A stretch of 64,000 nucleotides of DNA, taken from positions 256,001 to 320,000 of the forward strand of contig CAWDVR010000001.1 in the NCBI GenBank assembly GCA_963805975.1. The letters are read 5' to 3'. The notes below the pieces were generated by a model. The model had not been told where the DNA came from and did not search any database. It saw only the letters and a list, made by a program, of their open reading frames with translations. The stretch is from an uncultured Acidobacteriota bacterium (GTDB taxonomy: Bacteria > Acidobacteriota > Thermoanaerobaculia > Multivoradales > SZUA-115). The position numbers were made by a program, and so were the translations under genes. Each line of letters begins with the position of its first letter. The first letter of the stretch is position 1. Of this stretch, positions 29,301-36,514 are shown one piece after another.

Positions 29301-29673
29301 CATGCCCCAGGGCCGCTGGGTGGCCGACGAGAGCAACACCCGAGGCGAGCCTCCGCGCCTGATCCTCGGCCGCGCGCACGCCGCGGAGCTGGGCGCGGCG
29401 ATGCGGCAGGTGGTCACTGTCGGCTCGGCCGCCGCGACGCTGGGCGACGTGCAACCGCCGATCGCCGGCAAGACCGGCACTGCGGAGGTGCCGCGCGGCG
29501 CTTCGCACTCCTGGTTCATCGGCTACGCTCCCTATGACGAAGCCGGCGCCGGAAGGACGATCGCCTGGAGCGTCCTGGTCGAGAACGGCGGCTACGGCAG
29601 CCGGGTGGCGGCCAAGGTGGCGGCGGCCATCGTGCGGCAGCTCGACGAGCTGGGATACTTCGGGGAGAGGTGA
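26317..29673 (+). CDS. FtsW/RodA (SEDS) glycosyltransferase fused to class B PBP transpeptidase
   Basis: SEDS motifs FQPVEAIK, QRDLGPAL, GTGLGLG...PEAHTDL..VVGEELG, IPLSGVVTPFLSYGRSS; PBP motifs PRGSILDRN, YPPGSTFK (SxxK), SCN, AGKTGT. Confidence 0.92.
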   Translation: MNPLPSRPPRRPRWKPPEPPHLRPRRDQEALLLAAALLTLVAGLVLVYLAVAAPFSEVEAGLERGEILDLNALSQPERLAPHLTFSSDRGERAFLAGRIFQHLTRPGAEPAANVGELGKLRVGAADLAKAGAPRLAQRLAARQAALPGPERAAATVRLLTDEELQEVKPRLIVRRPAQFRGAFWRWSALQLVAFAAVHLAWRRLRFRGDQVLLPLVALLTGLGLLVMLAVRDPLRDLLLFRSFSGGVALGCLALAAASFLRVEGSRLRKASFLALVAALLLSALLIAFGSGPGASDAKVNLLGFQPVEAIKLLLVLFFAGYFAERWEFLREIKERRRVFARLPRWLRPPKLEYALPPLLAIAAVLVFFFLQRDLGPALVFAFLFLLLYAVARGRALLALVGTALVIGGFFAGYALRFPRTVAGRIEMWLSPWDNLWKGGDHLAHSLWAFASGGLAGTGLGLGAPGSVPEAHTDLVLAVVGEELGFAGLVLVLGLYAILIWRGFKISLEASGLYSFFLGLGLTLLTALQLVLIAGGVLGVIPLSGVVTPFLSYGRSSMLANLLLVGLLLAISNQRSPGSAGERFRPALRWAWLPLGLLLAAIVGKAGYVQALRADQVLTTGVLSVQGDDVRRFRYNPRLVEIARLIPRGSILDRNAVPLATGDPALLAPHRETYEALRVPVAELEGGAGSRFYPLAGRAFHLLGDVRNQLNWPAGNSSYIERDLRVRLQGYDDHARVVQVRQKDGSVQGVFERDYRELVPLLRYRALPQHPAVRRLLERERDVKLTVDARLQAGVADALVEVVHEAGSRHGAAVVLDALSGEVLASVSYPWPEALPLFDRQREEESLLDRARYGAYPPGSTFKIVTAMAALRHDPAAGQQTFQCVALEDGRAGHSVRGWGRPIRDDRTVHQPHGTVDLARGIAFSCNAYFAQLAVYEVGGAALLDTASLLDIEVARPNNVQALRDALPQASYGQGQVLASPFQMARVAATVASGGSMPQGRWVADESNTRGEPPRLILGRAHAAELGAAMRQVVTVGSAAATLGDVQPPIAGKTGTAEVPRGASHSWFIGYAPYDEAGAGRTIAWSVLVENGGYGSRVAAKVAAAIVRQLDELGYFGER

Positions 29674-30485
29674 AAAAGATGGCCAAGGAGGAGATGGGCT
29701 TGCGACAGAAGCTGGCGGCGCTCCGCCAGACGGTCACCGCCCCCTGGGCCGAGGGCCGGGAGCTGATCGAGATCCGCCAGGCGATCCTCGACGAGGTGGG
29801 CGAGAGAGTCGTCGGCATCGGCGACGGCAAGCGCATCTTTCCCTACAACCACCTCCGGCTCCACCTGTTCGCGAAGACCGCGGACGAGCAGATCGTCACC
29901 GCGGCGGCGGTCGCGGCCTGGGACCTCGCGGAGCGGGTCCGCGAGCGGCTGGCCGAGGCGCGGTGCCCGGTGACCGACCTCACCGTCGAGCCGCTGATCG
30001 TGGGCAGGAGGACGGCCGAGCTGCGCGAGCGGCCTTACTTCGTCGAGTACCAGCGGGTCGACCGTCCGGAGCCCGGCACCGAGCTCCCCTGGCTCGAGCT
30101 GATCGTGCAGAAGGGCAAGACGCCGCATCGGGTCAACCGCTTCCGCAAGAAGAGGGTGCTCCTCGGCCGCTTGGAGGTGGTGCTCGACGAGAACGGGTCA
30201 CCCAAGCGGCGCAACGACCTCGCCTTCGACGACGAAGGGGAGGTGAATCAGACCGTCGGCCGCGCGCATGCCCGCATCGAGTATCGGCCCGAGAGCCGCA
30301 GCTACTACCTCGTCGACGAGCGGAGCTCGTCCGGCACCAACCTGTTCCGCGACAGCCGCACCATCAAAGTGCCCAGCCGCGACAAGCAGGGCATCCGTCT
30401 CCAGCCGGGAGACCTCATCTCGCTGGGCCGGGCCGAGGTGAGCTGCAACATCCGGTTCGAGAAGGCCACCGAGACCGAGCCGTAG
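29670..30485 (+). CDS. Second FhaA-like FHA domain protein
   Basis: GTGA overlap; RIFPYNHLRLHL N-domain; FHA LLGR...RRNDLAF...TVGRAHARI...DERSSSGT...LQPGDLISLG. Confidence 0.82.
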   Translation: MKKMAKEEMGLRQKLAALRQTVTAPWAEGRELIEIRQAILDEVGERVVGIGDGKRIFPYNHLRLHLFAKTADEQIVTAAAVAAWDLAERVRERLAEARCPVTDLTVEPLIVGRRTAELRERPYFVEYQRVDRPEPGTELPWLELIVQKGKTPHRVNRFRKKRVLLGRLEVVLDENGSPKRRNDLAFDDEGEVNQTVGRAHARIEYRPESRSYYLVDERSSSGTNLFRDSRTIKVPSRDKQGIRLQPGDLISLGRAEVSCNIRFEKATETEP

Positions 30486-30545
30486 CGGCGCGACAGAAAC
30501 GCGACGCCTATGAAGCCCGATGCTGGGCCAGAGCCAGGAGCGTTG

Positions 30546-30899
30546 CTAGATACCCAGGAAGTCGATGAGGTAGGGCACTGCCGGCTCGGTGCCGTGCCGC
30601 TCGAACCACCTCGCGATCGCCGCCGCGATCCGCTCGGGCTGCCGGTTGGGGAGGCTGCGCGGAACGATCAGCACATCCGGATGGGGCTCGGAGGCGTGGA
30701 AGCAGGCGACCGTGAGACGGATGAAGTCGTCTCGGTTGCGTGTGACGAGGAGGCGGGCCTCGCGAGCGGCGAAACGTAGCTGCTCTTCGTCTGTGAGGCC
30801 GCGACGGTCGATCTCGTGGACGCTCACAATGTCGAGGCCTTGACCTCGCCCGATCTCGGCCACGGCAGGGGTGAGGTCCTCGTCGAGAAGAAACCTCAC
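30546..30899 (-). CDS. DUF5615 PIN-like toxin (VapC45-like)
   Basis: MRFLLDEDL...GLTDEEQLRFAARE.RLLVTRNRDDF. Confidence 0.85.
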   Translation of the reverse strand: MRFLLDEDLTPAVAEIGRGQGLDIVSVHEIDRRGLTDEEQLRFAAREARLLVTRNRDDFIRLTVACFHASEPHPDVLIVPRSLPNRQPERIAAAIARWFERHGTEPAVPYLIDFLGI

Positions 30900-31327
30900 G
30901 TCCGGCTGGCGCCTTGGATGCGCCGGGCAAACGGCAGCTCACGTCCCACCCGTTCGGCGGTCCACCGGTCTTCGCGCTCGAGCCGTGTGTCGATCTCGTC
31001 GGGATAGAGCTCGTAATAGGCCAGCGCCGCTCGGAGCTGAAGCTCGGTCAGCCAGGGGTAGCTCGCCTGGAGCCGTGTGTAGTCACCCTCCTCCCCCTTG
31101 AAGGTAGCGACGATCTCCCAGGCGTCCAGACCGGTTCCCGCTACCACCGCGCGGCGACCGCCCGGCCCCTCGGCGAACACGATCCCCGGGGCACGGCGTA
31201 GCTTGAGCGCCTCGGCAAGCAGCTCCTGGGTCATCGCCGACCAGGACTTGCCTCGGCTCTCGGCCTCCCGGCTGATGGCCTGCTCGAGCTCGTCGGAGAT
31301 CCTCAGGCCACGCGCTGTGCTTCCCAT
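30896..31327 (-). CDS. RHH + DUF433 antitoxin (VapB45-like)
   Basis: LRISDELEQAI (RHH), PGIVF..GPGGRRAVVAGTGLDAWEIV, YPWLTELQLRAALAYYELYPDEID; GTGA overlap; AGGAGG RBS. Confidence 0.85.
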   Translation of the reverse strand: MGSTARGLRISDELEQAISREAESRGKSWSAMTQELLAEALKLRRAPGIVFAEGPGGRRAVVAGTGLDAWEIVATFKGEEGDYTRLQASYPWLTELQLRAALAYYELYPDEIDTRLEREDRWTAERVGRELPFARRIQGASRT

Positions 31328-31338
31328 GAGCCACCTCC

Positions 31339-31364
31339 TGTGCACAGCGTGCACATTGTGCACA
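31339..31364. promoter_or_regulatory. Triple palindromic operator upstream of the DUF433 antitoxin
   Basis: TGTGCACA-G-CGTGCACA-T-TGTGCACA, 9-bp period, abutting the RBS. Confidence 0.7.
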
Positions 31365-31371
31365 ACTCAGT

Positions 31372-32187
31372 CTACAGCACCCCCAGCTTCGCCAGCAGGG
31401 CGCGGCCGAGGGGGATCCTCTTCGCCGTGTCGGCGTCGGTCGCCATGTCGATGTTGAGCGCGAAGGCATAGATCCGGCCACCACGCTCTACCCAGCCCAC
31501 CCACCAGCCGAGCTGCGGCTTGGGCTCGGAGATCCATCCCGTCTTGCCGTAGAGCCTGGCGCCGCCGGTTTCCTCGATGAACAGGATGTCGCGCACGATG
31601 GCCTGGCTGCGCGCCGAGATCGGCAGCTTCTGCCGCGCCAGCCGCGCGAGGAAGGCGGCCTGCTCCAGGGCGCAGATGAGGAGCGGCCCGTCGAGCCAGA
31701 AGCGGTCGATCACGGTGCCGATGTTGCGGTTGCCGTAGCCCAGGTTCTTGACGCCCGCGCTCATGCGCGCCAGGCCGATGCGCCGCGCCACCTCCTGGTA
31801 GACCGGCACGTTCGAGGCGCGGATTGCGTCGCGCAGGCCCATGTCCTTCTCCCACGCCTTGAAGGGCTGCGGCTTGCCGCCGTAGGGGATGACCTCGGTC
31901 TCGTCCTTCACCGCCCCGGTCTCGAGCGCGATCAGGCTGTTGGCGATCTTGAAGGTGGAGGCCGGCCGGTAGCGGCGCTCGGCACGCCGGCGGTCGTAGA
32001 TCCGGTAGGTGTTCTCGGCCACGTCATAGAGCACGAAAGTGCCCGGCGTGCGCTGCTCGTCGAAGAGCGGTTTCAGGTCGGCCCGCTCTTCGATGGCCGC
32101 CCCTGCCGCGTCGGGCCAAAGGAGGAGGGCCGCGAGCGCTGTGCCTGCGAGGAGAGAGACGCGAGATCGCCGCCGGGTGGGTGGCAT
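31372..32187 (-). CDS. blaOXA: Class D (OXA-type) beta-lactamase
   Basis: Signal peptide; PASTFKIANS, SNV, YGN, FWLDGPL, KTG, GWWVGWVE; TGATG overlap with the upstream gene. Confidence 0.88.
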   Translation of the reverse strand: MPPTRRRSRVSLLAGTALAALLLWPDAAGAAIEERADLKPLFDEQRTPGTFVLYDVAENTYRIYDRRRAERRYRPASTFKIANSLIALETGAVKDETEVIPYGGKPQPFKAWEKDMGLRDAIRASNVPVYQEVARRIGLARMSAGVKNLGYGNRNIGTVIDRFWLDGPLLICALEQAAFLARLARQKLPISARSQAIVRDILFIEETGGARLYGKTGWISEPKPQLGWWVGWVERGGRIYAFALNIDMATDADTAKRIPLGRALLAKLGVL

Positions 32188-34277
32188 CAGAAGAGCACCT
32201 CGTAGATCCGGTTGCCGTTGTCGGAGAAACGCAGCGCAAACTCGCCCGGCCGCTCCTCGGCCCAGCGGTTCTCGATGCCGAGCTCGAAGCCAGGGGCCCG
32301 GTTGAGGTACACCCAGCGCACGCCGGCGCGGCGGAGGTTCGCCATCCAGGCCGCGGGGTCCGGGTCCACCCGCGGGTTGCAGCTCGGGTAGTCGCCCGCC
32401 CGGTGGTGATCCGCGGCGTTGATGTTGATCGCCAGCACGCGCCGCTCGAGCCGCGGCCCCATGGCGGGGTAGACGAAGTAGCTCTTCGGGCTGCTGATCA
32501 AGGCCACGGTGCCGTCGCCGCCCGAGCGATCGAGCCAGCTCCAGCCGGGAGCCAGGAGAAAGGCGGTGGTCTGGTGCGCCGTGAGCTCCTCCGCCAGGGC
32601 CCGTCCGCGGTCGGCTGTGCGGAAGGCAGCGAGCGCAGGGGCGAGGAGCAGGGCGGCGAGCACCGCCACGGCGGCCACCGCGCCCGCATGCGCCCGCAGG
32701 CGGAGCCGCCACCCCGGCGACAGCGCGAAGAGCACCAGGGCGACGTCCGCCACGGCCAGGGTTGCGCGCACGCCGAACGGCATCTGGGCGTGGAGCTGCA
32801 GCAGGCTCTGGGCCGCCAGCACCAGGGCCAGTGTGGTGATCCACTTCGGCGAGAGCCGTAGCTCGGCGCCGGAGACACCGGCCGCGAAGAGGAGGGCGAA
32901 GGTGGGCACCAGGTAGCGCAGGTTGGCGTAGAGGTGGCCGCTGTCGGCGAAGGGGACGGTGAGCCAGAAGGCGAGGTGGAACAGCACCTGGACCCACACC
33001 AGCACACCGAGCCGCCGGCGCTCGCGCGCCAGGATCCACGGCAGCACCAGCGCCAGGGGCAGCAGCAGAGCGGCTTGCGGGCCGGCACCGAGCTCGAGGG
33101 ACTGCGGCCGGATGGTGCCGAGGAACGCCTCCCATAGCCTTCCCGAGCCCAGGAGCTCCGGCAGGATCGAGAGCACCGAGCCAGGTCTGGGCAGTGCAGG
33201 CAAGGTGCCCACCACCGGATCCACGGCCTCACCGGTGCCGGCGCAGGCCATGGCCAGGGGCCCGACGCCGAGCCAGGCGTTGCGCACGAAGAAGAAGCTG
33301 CCGAGCGCGGCGGCGAGCAGGACCGCGGCGGCGAGCTGGGGGAGCCGCCGGCGCCAGTCGCCTCGCACCACCAGCACCAAAGCCAGCGCCGCCGCGGCGC
33401 AGTACGGAGGCCCGAGGATCTTGGTCCCGGCGGCGACGCCCAGCGCCAGGCCGGCGAGCGCCGCGTTCCCGCCGTCGGCACGGCGCAGCCAGCGCACGCC
33501 GAAGAAGAGCGCCGCCAGCAGGTGGCCGGCGAGCTGGAGGTCTACGTAGTCGGCAGCCACGAAGCGCACGACCGTCGGCGTCAGCAGGGTGAGGAAGGCG
33601 GCGAGCGGCCAATGGCGCAGCGCGCCCAGCTCGCGGGCCAGGGCCCCCGCAGCGAGCCCCAGGAGCACCCAGTGCGGAAACGACGCCAGGTTGACGTAGA
33701 GCTCGCTGTGCGAGGGCGCCATCCACCACCAGAACCACAGCGCGCCGTTGCCCGGGTCGTGCCCGAAGAAGTTGGTCGGCGCGAAGCCGAACACCGGCTG
33801 GAGGTTCTCCTGCTGCAGCCAGGAGCCGGCGAGCAGAAGGTGGGTCATCAAGCCGTCCCAGGCGAGCGGCGGCCGCAGCAGCCCCCGCAGCATCTCGCTG
33901 CCGGCGGCGTGAGCGGTCAAGATGGCGAGCGCCGGGTGCTCCGCGAGGCGGGCCCCGAGGCGCCGGCCGAGGAGGGCCAGCGGCGCACCGAGCGAGCCGC
34001 CGGGCGTGCGGCCTGTGAGGGAGCGGAGCAGGACGACCGTGAGGAGCGCCTGCAACCCCAGCGCGAGCTCCAGGCGCAGGAGGCCGCCGGCGCCCAGCAG
34101 CAGCCCGATCGCCACCGCCTCGGCCGTGGCGCAGGCGAGCGTGGCGACGGCCAGGGCGAGCGGGTCGGCGAGCGCCTCGTCGCGCAGCAGGCGCAGCGCC
34201 AGCAGGTACCCGCCGAGAGCCAGGAAGCCGAGGGCGATGAGGGTGAGCGCCGCTCCGGCGAGATCGATCAACCACAC
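32187..34277 (-). CDS. Polytopic membrane protein, probable GT-C (ArnT/PMT-like) glycosyltransferase
   Basis: Many TM helices; PPLAWDGLMTHL, YVDL, LALGVAAGTK, FFVRN, NLRY motifs. Confidence 0.68.
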   Translation of the reverse strand: MWLIDLAGAALTLIALGFLALGGYLLALRLLRDEALADPLALAVATLACATAEAVAIGLLLGAGGLLRLELALGLQALLTVVLLRSLTGRTPGGSLGAPLALLGRRLGARLAEHPALAILTAHAAGSEMLRGLLRPPLAWDGLMTHLLLAGSWLQQENLQPVFGFAPTNFFGHDPGNGALWFWWWMAPSHSELYVNLASFPHWVLLGLAAGALARELGALRHWPLAAFLTLLTPTVVRFVAADYVDLQLAGHLLAALFFGVRWLRRADGGNAALAGLALGVAAGTKILGPPYCAAAALALVLVVRGDWRRRLPQLAAAVLLAAALGSFFFVRNAWLGVGPLAMACAGTGEAVDPVVGTLPALPRPGSVLSILPELLGSGRLWEAFLGTIRPQSLELGAGPQAALLLPLALVLPWILARERRRLGVLVWVQVLFHLAFWLTVPFADSGHLYANLRYLVPTFALLFAAGVSGAELRLSPKWITTLALVLAAQSLLQLHAQMPFGVRATLAVADVALVLFALSPGWRLRLRAHAGAVAAVAVLAALLLAPALAAFRTADRGRALAEELTAHQTTAFLLAPGWSWLDRSGGDGTVALISSPKSYFVYPAMGPRLERRVLAININAADHHRAGDYPSCNPRVDPDPAAWMANLRRAGVRWVYLNRAPGFELGIENRWAEERPGEFALRFSDNGNRIYEVLF

Positions 34278-34328
34278 GGTGAGGGATTGTTAGCACGTCG
34301 CCTGGGGGCAGACAACTTTCGAGGGATC

Positions 34329-34398
34329 GGGCGGACGAGCCCTGGTGCTCGACGCCCCCTTCGGGTGACGCGGCGCTCCTCCCAGGGCTCGTCCGCCC
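34329..34398. repeat. 17-bp perfect inverted repeat (REP-like hairpin) in the divergent intergenic region
   Basis: GGGCGGACGAGCCCTGG ... CCAGGGCTCGTCCGCCC. Confidence 0.7.
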
Positions 34399-34443
34399 GC
34401 CGGGCCGGCCCCTTTAGAATGGCGCCGAAGGTCTCTCCATTCG

Positions 34444-35070
34444 ATGAGCTCCTATCGCACCAACGTCTGGGCCCTCGTGCGCCCGCTGCTCGAGCCGCTG
34501 CGCCCCTTCGATCGCGGCCTCGACTTCGGCAGCGGCGACGGCTGGTTCACCGCGCGGGCGCGCGAGTCGGGCGTGGCGCGCGAGGTGGTGGCGGTGGACG
34601 TGCAGCGCCGCCGCAGCACGCTGGTCGAGCCCCTGCTCTACGACGGCACGGGGCTGCCCTTCCCCGACCGCTCCTTCGACCTGGTCTTCGCCATCGACGT
34701 GCTGCACCACTGCCCGGACCCGGCTACCACCCTCCGCGAGCTGGTGCGCTGCACGGACCGCTTCCTGCTGCTCAAGGACCACACTTACCGTACCCCGCTC
34801 GGTCGCCTCGCGCTCGCGCTGCTCGACGAGATCGGCAACCGCCGCTTCGGCGTGCCCTCGCTCTACCGCTACCAGCGCGGCTGGGAGTGGCTGCCGGTGA
34901 TCGAGGCGGAAGGGTTCCGGCTGCGCGAGCTCATCCACCCGGCGCGCTGCGAGAGCCGGCCGCCCATCTCCTGGTTCTCGGCCAAGCTACAGTTCGTGGG
35001 GCTGTGGGAGCGGTGCGGCCCAACGGGGCCGGAGTGGGCGAACATCGTAGAAAGGGAGGACCAAGCGTGA
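34444..35070 (+). CDS. Class I SAM-dependent methyltransferase
   Basis: GLDFGSGDG, YDGTGLPFPDRSFDLVFAIDVLHH, LLLKDH. Confidence 0.85.
   Translation: MSSYRTNVWALVRPLLEPLRPFDRGLDFGSGDGWFTARARESGVAREVVAVDVQRRRSTLVEPLLYDGTGLPFPDRSFDLVFAIDVLHHCPDPATTLRELVRCTDRFLLLKDHTYRTPLGRLALALLDEIGNRRFGVPSLYRYQRGWEWLPVIEAEGFRLRELIHPARCESRPPISWFSAKLQFVGLWERCGPTGPEWANIVEREDQA
34968..35018 (+). repeat. Direct repeat copy 1 (3' part of the methyltransferase)
   Basis: CTCCTGGTTCTCGGCCAAGCTACAGTTCGTGGGGCTGTGGGAGCGGTGCGG; copy 2 is at 35999-36047. Confidence 0.8.
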
Positions 35071-35990
35071 CCGTGCTCGACACCATTGGCCGAACGAGGC
35101 TCGTTCCACTTCAGCATATGGTCCCGGCGGGGAGTGCCAGAATCCTTCTCAAGCTGGAATACGAGAACCCGACGGGTAGCATGAAGGACCGCGTGGCGCT
35201 CGCCATGGTCGAGGCGGCCGAGGCGGACGGACGGCTGCGGCCGGGTGGCTCGGTGGTGGAGTACACGGGTGGGAGCACGGGTGTGTCGCTCGCCTTCGTG
35301 TGCGCCGTAAAACGCATCCCGCTTCAGATCGTGACCTCGGACGCGTTCAGCAAGGAAAAACGAGACCACATGACGGCGTTGGGTGCTCGCCTCACGCTGG
35401 TCGCCAGCCAAGCCGGCGGGATGACCAAGGCCCTCACACTCGAGATGATCGAGACCGCGAGAAGGCTCGCCGCCGCTCCCGGGAGCTACTGGACGGATCA
35501 GTTGAACAACACGGACCAGCTATCGAGCTACGAGCGGATGGGCGAGGAGATCTGGGAGCAGACCCAGGGCCAAGTCAGCGCCTTCGTCCAGAGTGTCGGC
35601 ACGGCCGGCTCCTTGCGGGGGATCTCTACACGCCTGCGAGCCCATGACGAAGCCGTGCACATCGTCGCGGTAGAGCCCGAGGAATCGGCGGTCCTGTCCG
35701 GCAGGCCGAGCGGGTCTCACAAGATCGAAGGCACCGGCGCCGGGTTCGTCGTGCCGCTATGGGCCGCAACGCTCGCTGACGAGATCCAGACGATCTCGAC
35801 CCAGGAAGCGATGGCAACCGCCCGGCGACTTGCCCGGGATGAAGGCATCTTCGCCGGCACTTCCACGGGAGGAAACGTAGCGGTCGCGCTGCGGGTCGCC
35901 GAGCGCCTGGGGCCTGACCACACCGTGGTCACACTGGCTGTGGACTCGGGGATGAAGTACCTGAGCACGGTGTTGTACGCCCACGCATGA
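35067..35990 (+). CDS. Cysteine synthase family PLP enzyme
   Basis: IGRTRLV, KLEYENPTGSMKDR, VEYTGGSTG, VGTAGSL, EGIFAGTSTG, DSGMKYLST; GGGAGG RBS, GTG start. Confidence 0.9.
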   Translation: MTVLDTIGRTRLVPLQHMVPAGSARILLKLEYENPTGSMKDRVALAMVEAAEADGRLRPGGSVVEYTGGSTGVSLAFVCAVKRIPLQIVTSDAFSKEKRDHMTALGARLTLVASQAGGMTKALTLEMIETARRLAAAPGSYWTDQLNNTDQLSSYERMGEEIWEQTQGQVSAFVQSVGTAGSLRGISTRLRAHDEAVHIVAVEPEESAVLSGRPSGSHKIEGTGAGFVVPLWAATLADEIQTISTQEAMATARRLARDEGIFAGTSTGGNVAVALRVAERLGPDHTVVTLAVDSGMKYLSTVLYAHA

Positions 35991-35998
35991 GCGGAGCG

Positions 35999-36047
35999 CT
36001 CCTGGTTCTCGGCCAAGCTGCAGTCGTCGGGCTGTGGGAGCGGGCGG
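35999..36047 (+). repeat. Direct repeat copy 2 (degenerate)
   Basis: CTCCTGGTTCTCGGCCAAGCTGCAGTCGTCGGGCTGTGGGAGCGGGCGG. Confidence 0.8.
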
Positions 36048-36189
36048 AGACCGAAGCCGCCCGACATTCCGCAGTGCGCTCGACCACCGCACTGAAGTTG
36101 CAAGCGTGGCCCCTCGCGGGCTGGGTCGCTGAGCTTGGGTCGTTCATCGGGCTTCGAGAGCGGGTAAGCTTGCTCCGCACCCGTGCCGA

Positions 36190-36451
36190 GATGCTCGGTG
36201 GCCGCTCGCCGCAGCGTCCTTCGCCCTGCTCGGCCTCTGGATGTACATCACCGACATCTATGCGCGCTCGGCTTTCATTGCACGGGGTGTGCTGATGGAC
36301 ATCGAGCGGCGCTGGCGTATTCCGGATGCGTCATCGCTTTTCAACCTGACCGGGCCAGGTGGGGCGAAGCAAATTCGGGCTGCCCCGCGTTCAGCGTCTG
36401 ATGCTGGCCGTACTCTTCGCCATCTGGGTCGCCATCTTCGTGAGCTCGTAA
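36190..36451 (+). pseudogene. Frameshifted remnant of a small membrane protein
   Basis: One frame reads WPLAAASFALLGLWMYITDIYARSAFIARGVLMDIERRWRIPD; another reads RLMLAVLFAIWVAIFVSS*; no clear start; visibly lower GC. Confidence 0.4.
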
Positions 36452-36514
36452 GGGCATCAGGCGGACGACGGCCCAACGCGAAGCCGCGGCGGAGGCTTGC
36501 CAGGCCCCCGAGCC

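Noticed and set aside
33522-35990. 822-aa ORF ending in cysteine synthase
   Set aside because: The real start is GTG 35067 after a GGGAGG RBS; the upstream part overlaps other genes.
36240-36304. Imperfect inverted repeat GATGTACATCA...TGATGGACATC
   Set aside because: Short, mismatched and inside the remnant ORF; could be chance.
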